A stretch of DNA of 40,147 nt from a virus. Where the stretch lies: the IMG/VR virus record IMGVR_UViG_3300045988_143954, positions 1 to 40,147 of that record; one strand, written 5' to 3'. The notes below the pieces were generated by a model. That model searched no databases. It was not told where the DNA came from and worked only from the letters and a program-made list of their open reading frames with translations. Positions within the stretch are counted from its first letter, which is position 1; each line of letters opens with the position of its first letter. Positions 6,694 to 13,690 of this stretch are shown one piece after another. Made by a program: the position numbers and the translations under genes.

Positions 6694-8034
6694 TTCCCAT
6701 GGGAAGTATGCGAGTAGGTTGAGTCCGTTTTTACGTCTTTTTATGAATCCTTTGGTCACGGCAGTCCCGTCGGGTAGTTTATGGGAATGTTCCGCGGCAC
6801 GTTTGGCGCTGAGCCATCCGACATGCTCTCCGTCCAAGAAGACGTTAAGGGTTGGTTTGCCTTTGTCTTCGCCTGCAGGGATGACGCCGTTTTCGACGGT
6901 TATCCATACCCATGTGTTTGCTCCGTATTTGCGGAGTTGTTCTTCATGGTCGTATGAGTGGAGAACGTCGGCGTTGAGGTGTGGTTCGATTTCATTGCCG
7001 TTCGGTTTTGTGTTGGCCGGGAGTGCGGACGGGTCCCACATGGTGCCTTTGCCTGGTTTCGGCTGTTTTGTTTCGGATGCTGACGGGGCTTCGGCTATGC
7101 TGTCTCCGAGCATGTCGTAGAAGACGTCTTCGCTGATGATGGTGATGTCCTGGCCAGCGAGTTGTAGTTTTTCGGCTTTGAGCCATTTGCTGCTTTTGGC
7201 TCCTTTGAGAGCGGCGTTGTAGTCGGTGCTGCCGGTGACGAGGTAGTTGGTGTCCTTGGTGACGCTTTTGCCGTTGATGCCGCCGAGGTTGGTGACGGCT
7301 TGCTGGGCGTTGGCACGCGTCATGCGCTTCAGCGCGCCGGTGAATACGAATACCTGATTTTCGAATGCTGGATCCGGGGTGACCCCGTCCGCCGGCGCGA
7401 TCTGCAGCAGTTGGCCTTCGCCGCGGAACATCGGGCCGGATCCGCCGCGCCTTCGTCCTTCATCCTCCGGGAGAGCCGCGCGCAGCTCCTCGAGATGTTC
7501 GATCATGTAGTCGTAGCATGCGATGGTCTGCTCCACGTCGGCGAGCGCCCGGTGCGATTGCGTGTCCGCTATGCCGAATCTGACGATGAGGTCCCGAATC
7601 CTGTTGTGGCGTTCCTGCGGGTACAGGTAGCGTGCGAGGCGGAGCGTGTCGATGAAATCGTTGGAGACCGGCCGGCCGCAGAGTTCGATGGCGTTGTCGT
7701 AGAGGAAGTTGATGTCGAAGTTGACGTTGTGGCCGAGGATCGGTCCGTCTCCCACCCAGTCGAGGAATCCCGGGAGGATTTCATCGAGCCGCGGCTGTCC
7801 GGTCAGCATATCGTCGGTGATGCCTGTGATCTCGGTGATGATCGCCGGCAGTTTCCTGCCGGGGTTGACGAGCTGTTCGTATCTGTCGACCGGCTGCCCG
7901 TCGCGGACGCGGATGGCGCCGATCTCGATGATGTCGTCCCATCTCGGGTCGTATCCGGTGGTTTCGATGTCCAAGGCGACGTAGTCTTTCCTCGCCGCCA
8001 GAAGGCTGGCTCCCTTGTGCTCCCTAGGCATCAT
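6691..8034 (-). CDS. DnaQ/epsilon-like DEDDh exonuclease fused to a BRCT domain and an unassigned C-terminal domain (447 aa)
   Basis: ALDIETTGYDP, GHNVNFDINFL and SHRALADVEQT form the DEDDh motifs. VFVFTGALKRMTRANAQQAVTNLGG...YLVTGS is BRCT-like. The last ~110 aa could not be assigned. Confidence 0.8.
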   Translation of the reverse strand: MMPREHKGASLLAARKDYVALDIETTGYDPRWDDIIEIGAIRVRDGQPVDRYEQLVNPGRKLPAIITEITGITDDMLTGQPRLDEILPGFLDWVGDGPILGHNVNFDINFLYDNAIELCGRPVSNDFIDTLRLARYLYPQERHNRIRDLIVRFGIADTQSHRALADVEQTIACYDYMIEHLEELRAALPEDEGRRRGGSGPMFRGEGQLLQIAPADGVTPDPAFENQVFVFTGALKRMTRANAQQAVTNLGGINGKSVTKDTNYLVTGSTDYNAALKGAKSSKWLKAEKLQLAGQDITIISEDVFYDMLGDSIAEAPSASETKQPKPGKGTMWDPSALPANTKPNGNEIEPHLNADVLHSYDHEEQLRKYGANTWVWITVENGVIPAGEDKGKPTLNVFLDGEHVGWLSAKRAAEHSHKLPDGTAVTKGFIKRRKNGLNLLAYFPWE

Positions 8035-8096
8035 GCCCCCATTCGATCGTGTTGCGGCCCTCGTCTTCGTGGCCCTTCTATGACTCTACCCCACGG
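8029..8096. repeat. Shared leader repeat, copy 1 (45-nt exact core 8052-8096)
   Basis: ttgcggccctcgtcttcgtggcccttctatgactctaccccacgg is identical to 9705-9749. The flanking similarity reaches the ATGATG start codons. Confidence 0.9.
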
Positions 8097-8122
8097 TCGG
8101 CATCCATCGGGCAAAAGCAAGC

Positions 8123-8180
8123 CGCCCCGGTTTCTCTTGCGAGCGCCGGGGCGATTGTGTTGGTGGTGTTTTGTTTTTTA
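8123..8180. terminator. Terminator hairpin (family copy B)
   Basis: cgccccgg tttctcttgcgagcg ccggggcg followed by attgtgttggtggtgttttgtttttta. Confidence 0.7.
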
Positions 8181-9143
8181 GAATAGCGTCGGTTGTTCGG
8201 CTACGCTTCGGTGTTCCAGTACCTTGACTATGGATATGTATCTTGTCGCCAGTCTGTTGTGTTCGTCGATTGCCTTTTCCACGCGCATTTCGACTCGGTA
8301 TATGTCGTTGGCGCGCATGGCCTCATCGCCGTCAAGCACTCGTTTCTTGAAGGCTTCGTCATCCAGTGTGACGAATTGCGTCTTGATGCCGTCGGTGATC
8401 CGCCATTTGCCGTTTTCACGGAACGACACATCCAGCGCCTGGACGATGATCTCCACGGTGTCCTCGGTCCTGTTCCGTTCTCCTGGGTCGTAATGGGAGA
8501 TCGCGTCGGCGTCCTCCGTGTTGACGGTTTCGTCTCGTGTGCCGGACTGGAATTGCACAAGGTCGATTCCGTCGTCCAGTGTGGGCGCGATGGCGCCTTG
8601 AATGGATTTGACGAGTTCCGGGTTTTTCAGGGCGTCCACCGAGGCGCGCAGCGCGCACATCCGCGATCCGTCGGAGAAGGTCACGTTGATGAGGTCCAAC
8701 CCGTCGTCGTTCTTGCCGGCGGCCTCGGTTTTCACCGGTTTTACGTTCCGGGCCAGTTTCTTGAGCATCCCAACGGCGCCGAAGTAGATTCCCATCAGTC
8801 CGGATGCGTTGACGATGGCGGTCACCGGATCGCCGGCCAGGATGCTCTCGGCCTCGTTGGCGAGGTGTATCAGGAGGTCGATGGCGAACGATCCCTCTCG
8901 GGTGGCTTTCGCGTTGAGCCGGACGCGTGCGCCTGGCGCGACGTCCTTTTGCAGCGTGTCGAACGCCTTGGCCAGCGACAGCAGGGCCGGGGCGAGCTGT
9001 TTCACGTCCATCTCGTGGGTGCGCAGGGCCTCGCCGTCGTAGCGGACGTACAGCGTGTCCACGCTGCTCCCGTTCGCATCACGGTCGTCTCTCTCGTCAA
9101 GGATAGTGCCCATCATGTCCTCCTGCTGCACCGTTTCCGTCAA
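8178..9143 (-). CDS. Hypothetical protein (321 aa), no recognisable domain
   Basis: Long ORF with balanced composition and lower GC than the phage core. The overlapping plus-strand ORF 8193-9161 is V/G/H-rich junk. Confidence 0.75.
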   Translation of the reverse strand: MTETVQQEDMMGTILDERDDRDANGSSVDTLYVRYDGEALRTHEMDVKQLAPALLSLAKAFDTLQKDVAPGARVRLNAKATREGSFAIDLLIHLANEAESILAGDPVTAIVNASGLMGIYFGAVGMLKKLARNVKPVKTEAAGKNDDGLDLINVTFSDGSRMCALRASVDALKNPELVKSIQGAIAPTLDDGIDLVQFQSGTRDETVNTEDADAISHYDPGERNRTEDTVEIIVQALDVSFRENGKWRITDGIKTQFVTLDDEAFKKRVLDGDEAMRANDIYRVEMRVEKAIDEHNRLATRYISIVKVLEHRSVAEQPTLF

Positions 9144-9208
9144 TCATACTTGCACACATGACGAGTCCATCCCAGTCTCCCGCGGCCGCCAAGGCGATTT
9201 CGTTCACG

Positions 9209-9230
9209 GAAGCCGACGGGCGGCTTCTTT
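9209..9230. terminator. Short hairpin between the 145-aa and 321-aa genes
   Basis: gaagccg acggg cggcttc followed by ttt. Confidence 0.3.
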
Positions 9231-9243
9231 ACCGCAGCTGGAT

Positions 9244-9681
9244 CTACTGCGCCGACAGACGTCTTATGAGTTCGTCCGTTTCGAGTTCGGCGAGCGCCGG
9301 GTCGCGCCTGAGACGCTCTTCGACGTTGTGGCTATCGATGAACCGCCTGAATTCAACATGCCCTTTTCCGTCGCGTTCCATGCGTTCAAAGATTCTCTGT
9401 ATCTGGTATCTGACCTGGGCTCCTTCGCGGATGTACATGTCGATTTCACTCATACTGTCCACGGCAAACCATTTGCGCATGAGTTCGCGCATCTGGTCGC
9501 GCGTTGCTCCGAGGTCGGCGAGCGCGGCTGTCAGCCGGATCATGTCGTGCCGGAATTGTTCATCGGCCGCATCTACGCATGCGTTATCTTCGTGTTCGCG
9601 AACGGTTTTCCGAATGGCGTCAAGGAAGAATCCGCCAACTTTCTGCATCACGCCCTCTTTGTGGTTTGCGTCTGTCATCAT
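9244..9681 (-). CDS. Hypothetical protein (145 aa), no recognisable domain
   Basis: Charged, probably helical protein (MMTDANHKEG...). It has the same leader and start context as the 6691-8034 gene. Confidence 0.7.
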   Translation of the reverse strand: MMTDANHKEGVMQKVGGFFLDAIRKTVREHEDNACVDAADEQFRHDMIRLTAALADLGATRDQMRELMRKWFAVDSMSEIDMYIREGAQVRYQIQRIFERMERDGKGHVEFRRFIDSHNVEERLRRDPALAELETDELIRRLSAQ

Positions 9682-9749
9682 CAGCCCATTTCGATCGTCT
9701 GCGGTTGCGGCCCTCGTCTTCGTGGCCCTTCTATGACTCTACCCCACGG
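9676..9749. repeat. Shared leader repeat, copy 2 (core 9705-9749)
   Basis: Identical 45-nt core to 8052-8096. Confidence 0.9.
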
Positions 9750-9806
9750 GTCGCGCGGACTTGCGGCGATTGCCTGTAGAATCGGACGTACGACCGAAGG
9801 GGAGGC

Positions 9807-9977
9807 ATGCACATGTGCGAGGCGAAGACGCCGCAGCAGGCGCGGGAGAACATCACGGCGATCAACCAGGCCGTGGAGTCCTACCAGCGGGGAGACGTGA
9901 GCGCGGACGAGGCCGGGGCCGTCATATACGATCGGCTCTTCGGCGAACTCCGGCTCAGCCACCCGCAACAACAGTAA
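9807..9977 (+). CDS. Small protein (56 aa), hypothetical
   Basis: RBS gaaggggagg then ATG. Translation is MHMCEAKTPQQARENITAINQAVESYQRGDVSADEAGAVIYDRLFGELRLSHPQQQ. Below the ORF-track size cutoff. The stop abuts a terminator. Confidence 0.5.
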   Translation: MHMCEAKTPQQARENITAINQAVESYQRGDVSADEAGAVIYDRLFGELRLSHPQQQ

Positions 9978-10020
9978 CCGCCCCGAGCTCCTGCGAGCGC
10001 CGGGGCGGCTTTAGCGTTAC
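9978..10020. terminator. Bidirectional terminator hairpin (family copy C)
   Basis: ccgccccg agctcctgcgagcgc cggggcgg followed by ctttagcgtt. Lies between convergent genes. Confidence 0.65.
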
Positions 10021-10024
10021 TTGT

Positions 10025-10915
10025 TTATCCGACTATTCGGATCCATGATTTTCCGTCGCTGTTCTCTATCATCTTCTTCGCGCCACTGCGTTCGAATGTG
10101 GCCATGTATGCATGATGAATGGTTAGAACTACGTCCTGCAGGTCAGATTCCTTCTCCAGATCTTTGATGGCGAGTCCGTGTTCCTTGGCACTTGCCGCGG
10201 TGATATGACGATTATGCATGGCCGAATTAGCATGTGTGCCGAGCCATTCGGCCACCTCTTTCGCTTTTTCTTCGGCGTCTTCGCATGAAGAGAACATGTT
10301 CGTTTCGAGCCATTCGGCCACCATTGCCTGGGATGCGTCCACGGCTTTCTGGCAGTCGCCTAGATAAGTCGGCAGGTATTTCCCGATGATTTGCGACCAC
10401 ATGGGTATCGATCCAGGGTTTTCCGTAGTTTCTCTGACCGCCTGATTGAATTCCTCGATGACGCCTCCCGCAGGGAACCCCATTAATTGCGGATCGGTAG
10501 GACCTATCGACGATTGTTTTCCCATGTATATCTCCTTGCAGGAGCATGCGATCATGGTGCCGGCGGACATGCAGAGGTGCGGGACGAACGCGACTATGTC
10601 CGTGTCGAAGCATGCGCGCAGATAATTCACGAGGTTTTCGGCTGCGGCGAGGTCTCCGCCCGGCGTGTGCAGGATAAGATCGAGCCCTTTGCCACGATCG
10701 AGACCGTGGATGTTGGTCATGAACCCTTCCATGTCGGAATCGCTCAACGCACAGTACGGGCTTCCCTGCAGATCCTGAAGCCACCCGGAGTAATAGCAGA
10801 TCACGTTCCGTCCGCGTAATTCAGATAGTTTCCGGATGTATTCGTCTCGAATGTTGTCGAGTACGCCGTTTGGGTGGTTGTCTACGTTTCCGATGATCTC
10901 GTCCCATGAAGGCAT
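10025..10915 (-). CDS. SDH-family (ClpP/SppA-fold) serine proteinase (296 aa)
   Basis: LDLILHTPGGDLAAAENLVNYLR and HLCMSAGTMIACSCKEIYMG match the Clp-fold serine dehydrogenase proteinase pattern. Confidence 0.8.
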   Translation of the reverse strand: MPSWDEIIGNVDNHPNGVLDNIRDEYIRKLSELRGRNVICYYSGWLQDLQGSPYCALSDSDMEGFMTNIHGLDRGKGLDLILHTPGGDLAAAENLVNYLRACFDTDIVAFVPHLCMSAGTMIACSCKEIYMGKQSSIGPTDPQLMGFPAGGVIEEFNQAVRETTENPGSIPMWSQIIGKYLPTYLGDCQKAVDASQAMVAEWLETNMFSSCEDAEEKAKEVAEWLGTHANSAMHNRHITAASAKEHGLAIKDLEKESDLQDVVLTIHHAYMATFERSGAKKMIENSDGKSWIRIVG

Positions 10916-10918
10916 CGG

Positions 10919-11086
10919 TCACACTCCGGCATAGGTACGGGTGATGGCGGGGCGATCGTCGCGGTATACCGTCGGCCATGTGAACGTGGTCCTAGCAGGG
11001 GTAAACGGCACATTGTCACGTCGAACGATTTTCTCGTATTGGGTCATAAACCGTTCGATTTTCTTCTGGTCGGTTGTGCTCGTCAT
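10919..11086 (-). CDS. Small protein (55 aa) immediately upstream of the protease
   Basis: MTSTTDQKKIERFMTQYEKIVRRDNVPFTPARTTFTWPTVYRDDRPAITRTYAGV. RBS gggagcagg. Its stop lies 3 nt before the protease ATG. Confidence 0.6.
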   Translation of the reverse strand: MTSTTDQKKIERFMTQYEKIVRRDNVPFTPARTTFTWPTVYRDDRPAITRTYAGV

Positions 11087-11154
11087 AGCCTGCTCCCTGA
11101 TTAGTTTGTTGCCACCGCAGACAGGCCTGCCGCAAAGGCTTCTTGATAAAGGAT

Positions 11155-11192
11155 GAGGACGAATCCTCGGCGAGCGCTTGGGATCCGTCCTC
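11155..11192. promoter_or_regulatory. Leader hairpin or terminator in the non-coding gap
   Basis: gaggacgaatcc (11155-11166) pairs with ggatccgtcctc (11181-11192) with one mismatch. Confidence 0.4.
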
Positions 11193-11243
11193 TTCTCCAA
11201 ACTCGTCTCAGCCGCACTGCCGACGTGTCTGCGTTATGGCTTT

Positions 11244-11272
11244 ACAATACCCGACCGTTTTTGTCAAGTCAA
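11244..11272 (-). promoter_or_regulatory. Promoter candidate, TTGACT-17-TATTGT
   Basis: The minus strand reads TTGACTtgacaaaaacggtcgggTATTGT, pointing toward the hairpin and the protease operon. Confidence 0.45.
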
Positions 11273-11424
11273 CGGCGCCGTTCTTGCAGGACCGTCTCTC
11301 GACTGCAATTTCAGCGGTCCTTCTGCGTGTCGAATGTGCACGAATGTGTATAACCATGTGGATAAGCGCATCACGCCAGGTCGCGGACGTTTTCCCCAAC
11401 ATCGGCAGTTTCCGCACTCGTTTG

Positions 11425-12663
11425 TTACTCATTGCCGACGCCGATCGCCTCCCTGGCCTCGTCGGCGAGCGCGGCGAGGGTTTCTGGTGTCCAGTGGGTG
11501 TAGCGGGCGGTGGTGGTGATTTTGGCGTGGCCCATGATGGCTTTGCGGGCGTCTTCGGGTGCGCCGGTTTGGGCGAGGTGGGTGCTGAAGAAGTGGCGTG
11601 CGGCTCGCATGGTGACGGGCGGGAGTCCGGCGTCCTGGAGCGCTCGTTGCCAGCGGCGTCGTTCGACGTTGCCGGTGAGCGGCTGGCCGTGTCGGGTGAA
11701 GATGAGGTCGTCGGGTGCGCATTGGTGTTTGTTGGCGAGTTCGAGGAGTCTGAGCCATGTTCGGGTGTCGAGGGGGATGAATCGGATGCCTTGCCTGGTT
11801 TTGGGTGGGATGAGCCAGAAGTTGCCGGTGATGTGGCGGGCTTGGAGCCATGTGGGTATGGTGGCGTCTGGTTTGAGCTGTTGGAGCTGCCAGCGGACCT
11901 CGATGCCGTGGATGCCGTCGCGGGTGACGAGTTCGCTTGGGGTGATGGCGAAGCGTTCTGCCTGGCGCATGCCGGTGGCGAAGGCGAGGTCGAACATCAG
12001 GGCCCACATGTCGTGGTCGTCCTGGTCGTCGTGGAGCGTGTCCCGTTTGCGTGGCTTGGGGTCGTGTGCGGCGTGGATGGCGGCTGCGGGCTGGCCGGGT
12101 TGGAGGATGATGGTGTCGGCGGGCTCGTAGCGTGGCGGTATGGCGGCGAGCGCGGGGTTGATGGGGATGAGTTTGTCGCGGACGGCGTGGTTGAGGATCT
12201 GTTTGGTGCGGATGTAGATGTTGTGGACGGTCTTGCCTGATCTGGTCGTGGCGAGTTCGTCGCACATGGCTTCGATGGTCTCGGGGGTGATGCGGTCGAG
12301 TCTCATGCCGCCGATGACGCTGCGGATGGCGTTGCATTCGCTGCGGTAGGTGTCGAGTACGCGCGGTTTGACCCGGTTGGCGGTCTGATGGAGCCATCGG
12401 TCTAGGTAGAGGTCGACGGTGGGCGTGTCCACGAGGGGCAGTGTGCCCTGGCGTCGGCGTTGGTCGATCTTGGCTTCGAGCTTCTGCCTGGCGGCGGTCT
12501 TGGTGGGCGCCTGGGCCTCGATCCAGCGGCGTCGGCCGGTGCGCGGGTCGGGGTCGGTCTGTTTGCGGGCGTGCCAGACGCCTTTGGCGTCCTTCCATTC
12601 GCTGCCGGTGCCGTTGGGTCGGCGGGTCTTTTTCTTGCGGTTTTCGCTTGTCATGGGCCTCAT
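11425..12663 (-). CDS. int: Tyrosine integrase
   Basis: ARHFFSTHLAQ...MGHAKITTTARYTH is the catalytic H-x-x-R...Y region. The N-terminus has an SAM-like/arm-binding domain (PNGTGSEWKDAKGVWHAR). First ATG is at 12663, and the ORF is open to TTG 12696. Adjacent to attP. Confidence 0.9.
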   Translation of the reverse strand: MRPMTSENRKKKTRRPNGTGSEWKDAKGVWHARKQTDPDPRTGRRRWIEAQAPTKTAARQKLEAKIDQRRRQGTLPLVDTPTVDLYLDRWLHQTANRVKPRVLDTYRSECNAIRSVIGGMRLDRITPETIEAMCDELATTRSGKTVHNIYIRTKQILNHAVRDKLIPINPALAAIPPRYEPADTIILQPGQPAAAIHAAHDPKPRKRDTLHDDQDDHDMWALMFDLAFATGMRQAERFAITPSELVTRDGIHGIEVRWQLQQLKPDATIPTWLQARHITGNFWLIPPKTRQGIRFIPLDTRTWLRLLELANKHQCAPDDLIFTRHGQPLTGNVERRRWQRALQDAGLPPVTMRAARHFFSTHLAQTGAPEDARKAIMGHAKITTTARYTHWTPETLAALADEAREAIGVGNE

Positions 12664-12780
12664 GCCTCTTCCTGTTTCGTGTGCGGTCGAGGTCAATCAT
12701 TAGGTCAATCATTTTTGGCGGAAACTGGCGTACATTGGCGGAAATCTTGCACGCGGGACGGTGCCGCGCGTGGAAACGGA

Positions 12781-12821
12781 AAGGCCGCGAACCCTTGGGA
12801 ATCCTTGGGTTTCGCGGCCTT
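12781..12821 (-). terminator. Hairpin just downstream of the tRNA fragment
   Basis: aaggccgcgaa (12781-12791) pairs with ttcgcggcctt (12811-12821). Confidence 0.5.
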
Positions 12822-12826
12822 TCGAG

Positions 12827-12900
12827 TGGAGCGGACGACGGGAATCGAACCCGCGTAATCAGTTTGGAAGACTAAACGCGGTTCTCCCACATTCCGTTGC
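12827..12900 (-). tRNA. tRNA-Gly(UCC) 3' fragment (anticodon arm to CCA), probable attP core and not a complete tRNA
   Basis: The minus strand reads ...TTAGT CTTCCAA ACTGA TTAC GCGGG TTCGATT CCCGT CGTCCGC T CCA. The 5' side (GCGGCAA) pairs with only 4 of 7 acceptor bases and no D-arm folds. Confidence 0.6.
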
Positions 12901-13028
12901 CGCTCTTGGTGTTTCAAGCCGTAAACATATGCCAAGGTCAATCATTGGTCACTAATCGACTTATTCGGCCGCACTTTTCTGTTGTCGCCGCGCAGGTGCG
13001 CGGTACCTGCGATTCTACCCTTCACGAC

Positions 13029-13057
13029 TTGCATATCTTTAATTATTGTGTTACTAT
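13029..13057 (+). promoter_or_regulatory. Strong promoter, TTGCAT-17-TACTAT
   Basis: ttgcat (13029-13034) and tactat (13052-13057), in an A/T-rich spacer region. Confidence 0.6.
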
Positions 13058-13086
13058 AGTTTTGTCGACAAGGAAAGGAGGTGGGC

Positions 13087-13194
13087 ATGAAATGGACGGA
13101 TATCGTATCGGCGGTCAGCTCGGTGATAGGGAACATCCTCGCCATCATCGCCATCGTCATCGCCCTGAGGCGTAAGCCGAAGCACAAGAAGTGA
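13087..13194 (+). CDS. 35-aa hydrophobic peptide with a basic tail
   Basis: RBS aaggaaaggagg lies 6 nt before the ATG. Translation is MKWTDIVSAVSSVIGNILAIIAIVIALRRKPKHKK. Confidence 0.55.
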   Translation: MKWTDIVSAVSSVIGNILAIIAIVIALRRKPKHKK

Positions 13195-13260
13195 CGAACG
13201 GGGTTCCGAATAGACCAATTATCCGGAACCCCGCGATTCCATCCTATTTCATGGATCATC

Positions 13261-13428
13261 ATGAGGACAAGCACCCTGTTCTGCATATGCGGCGTCGTGT
13301 TCGCGCTGCTGTCGCTGTCGCTCGGCTTCGCCGGCAAGCCGGTGCCGGCCGGACTGTCGGGGCTCGCGGCCGGCGGCTGGTGCGTCGCCGCGCTGCTCAT
13401 GGAGAGGCGCGGCGGCGATGACGACTAG
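13261..13428 (+). CDS. 55-aa membrane protein with 2 predicted TM helices
   Basis: MRTSTLFCICGVVFALLSLSLGFAGKPVPAGLSGLAAGGWCVAALLMERRGGDDD. GC3-rich codons. Overlaps the next gene start. No clear RBS. Confidence 0.45.
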   Translation: MRTSTLFCICGVVFALLSLSLGFAGKPVPAGLSGLAAGGWCVAALLMERRGGDDD

Positions 13429-13618
13429 ATACCTGAGCCTCACCGAGGTCGCGGGCAGGCTGGGCATCACGACCGGAGCGCTGGCCGGGTACAAGCTGCC
13501 CGAGCCGGACGCGTTGGTCGGCCGCACGCGCGGCTGGCTTCCCGAGACCATCGACGGGTGGAACGCGGCGCGTCCGGGCCGCGGGGTCGGCGGCGGCCGG
13601 CCGCGCAGGCACGGGTAG
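13418..13618 (+). CDS. Excisionase-like HTH protein (66 aa)
   Basis: YLSLTEVAGRLGITTGALAGY...GWLPETIDGW resembles the AlpA/Xis family. Located next to attP. Confidence 0.65.
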   Translation: MTTRYLSLTEVAGRLGITTGALAGYKLPEPDALVGRTRGWLPETIDGWNAARPGRGVGGGRPRRHG

Positions 13619-13629
13619 TCCGCGCCGCC

Positions 13630-13690
13630 GGCATATGCGAACGCCTTTCCTCCGATCGTGATGATCGGAGGAAAGGCGTTCGCATATGCC
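13630..13690. repeat. Perfect 28-bp inverted repeat with a 5-nt loop
   Basis: ggcatatgcgaacgcctttcctccgatc gtgat gatcggaggaaaggcgttcgcatatgcc. Confidence 0.95.

Larger units (their letters stand above)
12691..12957. other. attP region with arm-type repeats flanking a tRNA-derived core
   Basis: GGTCAATCATT occurs at 12691, 12703 and 12936, plus a degenerate GGTCACTAATC at 12947. TTGGCGGAAA occurs at 12715 and 12741. Confidence 0.6.

Noticed and set aside
9761-10048. 95-aa plus-strand ORF listed in the track
   Set aside because: The translation is R/G-rich junk that runs through a terminator hairpin. A different frame (9807-9977) has an RBS, plausible sequence, and a stop just before the hairpin.
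11208-11432. 74-aa minus-strand ORF, and plus-strand ORFs 11153-11353 and 11178-11519, in the int-protease gap
   Set aside because: Basic, R/T/S-rich translations without an RBS. One starts inside the integrase gene. The region is better explained as non-coding regulatory DNA.
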